Source: Eledone cirrhosa (lineage: Eukaryota). Taken from it: a stretch of DNA of 64,000 bases. Below are positions 61,461 through 64,000 of the stretch, in pieces. The stretch is from contig OZ024755.1 of the NCBI GenBank assembly GCA_964016885.1, forward strand, positions 44,516,001 through 44,580,000, given 5' to 3'. The translations under genes were made by a program, and so were the position numbers. The notes under the pieces were generated by a model. The model was not told the DNA's origin, searched no databases, and saw only the letters and a program-made list of their open reading frames with translations. The stretch's first letter is position 1. Each line of letters begins with the position of its first letter.

Positions 61461-63680
61461 AACTGTGTACCACAGTTGACAGTACCAACATATACTGTGT
61501 ACCACTGTTGACAATACCAACATATACCGTGTACCACAGTTGACAGTACCAACATATACTGTGTACCACAGTTGACAGTACCAACATATACTGTGTACCA
61601 CAGTTGACAGTACCAATGTATACTGTGTACCACTGTTGACAGTACCAAAATATACTGTGTACCACAGTTGACAGTACTAACATATACTGTGTACTACAGT
61701 TGACAGTACCAACATATATTGTGTACCACAGTTGAAAGTACTAACATATACTGTGTACTACAGTTGACAGAACCAACATATAATGTGTACCACAGTTGAC
61801 AGTACCAACATGTACTGTGTACCACAGTTGACAGTGCCAACATATACTGTGTACCACAGTTGACAGTACCAACATATACTGTGTACCACAGTTGACAGTA
61901 CCAACATATACTGTGTACCACAGTTGACAGTACCAATGTATAATATGTACCACAGTTGACAGTACCAACATATACTGTGTACCACAGTTGACAGTACCAA
62001 CATATACTGTGTACCACAGTTGACAGTACCAACATATACTGTGTACCACAGTTGACAGTACCAACATATATTGTGTACCACAGTTGAAAGTACTAACATA
62101 TACTGTGTACTACAGTTGACAGAACCAACATATACTGTGTACCACAGTTGACAGTACCAACATGTACTGTGTACCACAGTTGACAGTGCCAACATATACT
62201 GTGTACCACAGTTGACAGTACCAACATATACTGTGTACCACAGTTGACAGTACCAACATATACTGTGTACCACAGTTGACATTACCAACGTATATTGTGT
62301 TCCACAGTTGACAGTACCAACATGTACTGTGTACCACAGTTGACAGTACCAACGTATACTGTGTACCACAGTTGACAGTACCAACGTATACTGTGTACCA
62401 CAGTTGACAGTACCAACATATAACGTGTACCACAGTTGGCAGTACCATCATATACTGTGTACCACAGTTGACAGTACCAACATATATTGTGTACCACAGT
62501 TGACAGTACCAACATATACTGTGTACCATAGTTGACATTACCAACGTATATTGTGTACCACAGTTGACAGTACCAACATATCCTGTGTACCTCAGTTGAC
62601 AGTACCAACATATACTGTATACCACAGTTGACAGTACCAACATATACTGTGTACCACTGTTGACAGTACCAATATATACCGTGTACCACAGTTGACAGTA
62701 CCAACATATACTGTGTACCACAGCTGACACTACCAACATATACTTGTACCTCAGTTGACAGTACTACCATATATTGTGTACCACCGTTGACAATACCAAC
62801 GTATACTGTGTACCACAGTTGACAGTACCAACGTATACTGTGCACCACATTTGACAGTACCAACATATACTGTGTACCACAGTTGACAATACCAACATAT
62901 ACTGTGTACCACAGTTGACAATACCAACACATATAGTGTACCACAGTTGACAGTACCAACGTATATTGTGTACCACAGTTGCCAATGCCAACATATACTG
63001 TGTACCACAGTTGAGAGTACCAACATGTACCGTGTACCACAGTTGACAGTACCAACGTATACTGTGTACCACAGTTGACAATACCAACATATACTGTGTA
63101 CCACAGTTGACAGTACCAACATATACTGTGTACCACAGTTGACAACACCAACATATACTGTGTACCACAGTTGACAGTACCAACATATACTGTATACCAC
63201 AGTTGACAGTACCAACATATACTGTGTACCACAGTTGACAGTACCAACATATACTGTGTACCACAGTTGACAGTACCAACATATACTGTATACCACAGTT
63301 GACAGTACCAACATATACTGTGTACCACTGTTGACAGTACCAACATATACCGTGTACCACAGTTGACAATACCAACATATACTTGTACTTCAGTTGACAG
63401 TACTACCATATATTGTGTACCACCGTTGACAATACCAACGTATACTGTGTACCACAGTTGACAGTACCAACGTATACTGTGCACCACAGTTGACAGTACC
63501 AACATATACTGTGTACCACAGTTGACAATACCAACATATACTGTGTACCACAGTTGACAATACCAACACATATAGTGTACCACAGTTGACAGTACCAACG
63601 TATACTGTGTACCACAGTTGCCAATGCCAACATATACTGTGTACCACAGTTGAGAGTACCAACATATACTGTGTACCACA
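59490..63680. repeat. Local re-duplication at about 2.78 kb offset (about 59490-60950 vs about 62270-63680)
   Basis: ORF ends recur at +2782 (59500/62282, 59969/62751, 59982/62764), which is 87 monomers minus 2 bp, and then at +2750 (60640/63390), one monomer less. Both copies share the landmark variant that lacks CAGCTG (about 60633 and 63383). Confidence 0.8.
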
Positions 63681-64000
63681 GTTGACAGTACCAACGTATA
63701 CTGTGTACCACAGTTGACAGTACCAACATATAACGTGTACCACAGTTGGCAGTACCATCATATACTGTGTACCACAGTTGACAGTACCAACATATATTGT
63801 GTACCACAGTTGACAGTACCAACATATACTGTGTACCATAGTTGACATTACCAACGTATATTGTGTACCACAGTTGACAGTACCAACATATCCTGTGTAC
63901 CTCAGTTGACAGTACCAACATATACTGTATACCACAGTTGACAGTACCAACATATACTGTGTACCACTGTTGACAGTACCAATATATACCGTGTACCACA

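Larger units (their letters stand above)
1..64000. repeat. Satellite DNA: tandem array of a 32-bp monomer, consensus GTACCACAGTTGACAGTACCAACATATACTGT, about 2,000 copies, single orientation, open at both window ends
   Basis: The consensus or a variant with a few substitutions is readable on every line from 1 to 64000. The ORF translations show the 32-aa period expected from three monomers (96 bp). No spacer or unique sequence was seen. Confidence 0.99.

Noticed and set aside
77-63999. Hundreds of minus-strand ORFs (up to 731 aa) rich in Cys/Trp/Tyr/Val with CxxC-like CWYC motifs
   Set aside because: They overlap in all three frames and encode the same cyclic peptide. They arise from a stop-free 32-bp repeat, are broken by amplified frameshifts, and have no unique domains or termini.
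1-64000. CRISPR array (32-bp, partly palindromic repeat)
   Set aside because: The repeats abut directly with no unique spacers, and there is no leader or cas gene. The variable positions are point variants of one consensus.
1-64000. Programmed diversity or variable-cassette system (DGR, antigenic-variation cassettes, integron or iteron array)
   Set aside because: No reverse transcriptase, recombinase, rep gene or expression locus is present. Variants are inherited in collinear duplicated blocks, as expected from ordinary satellite turnover.
1-64000. Telomeric repeat, or assignment to a named satellite family or organism
   Set aside because: There is no G-rich telomere motif, and the heterogeneity with higher-order structure is unlike telomerase products. 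I do not recognise the monomer, so a database search is required.
1-64000. TATA-like (CATATAC) and hairpin motifs as promoters or terminators
   Set aside because: They are present in every monomer with no associated gene, U-tract or other context.

Overview
The whole 64 kb window is one uninterrupted, head-to-tail satellite DNA array of about 2,000 copies of a 32-bp monomer (consensus GTACCACAGTTGACAGTACCAACATATACTGT, 13/32 GC, A/C-rich on +). It runs off both ends. I saw no unique sequence, inversion, transposon insertion, RNA gene, CRISPR spacer or credible gene. The many minus-strand ORFs are artefacts: the reverse complement of the monomer has no stop codon in any frame. The structure of interest is hierarchical. 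(i) The monomer is a 15+17-bp dimer of GTACCA-initiated halves with overlapping inverted repeats. (ii) About 60 copies of a 31-bp landmark monomer divide the array into blocks of 32n-1 bp, which carry a conserved order of variant monomers; a 22-monomer/703-bp block recurs. (iii) The left third has 4.2-4.8 kb higher-order units. (iv) There are two near-identical tandem duplications, of 5,068 bp and 7,193 bp, plus older dispersed copies. The variant spectrum suggests CpG methylation decay, which points to eukaryotic heterochromatin. The organism and satellite family cannot be identified from the sequence alone, and I find no support for a novel coding or defence system here.
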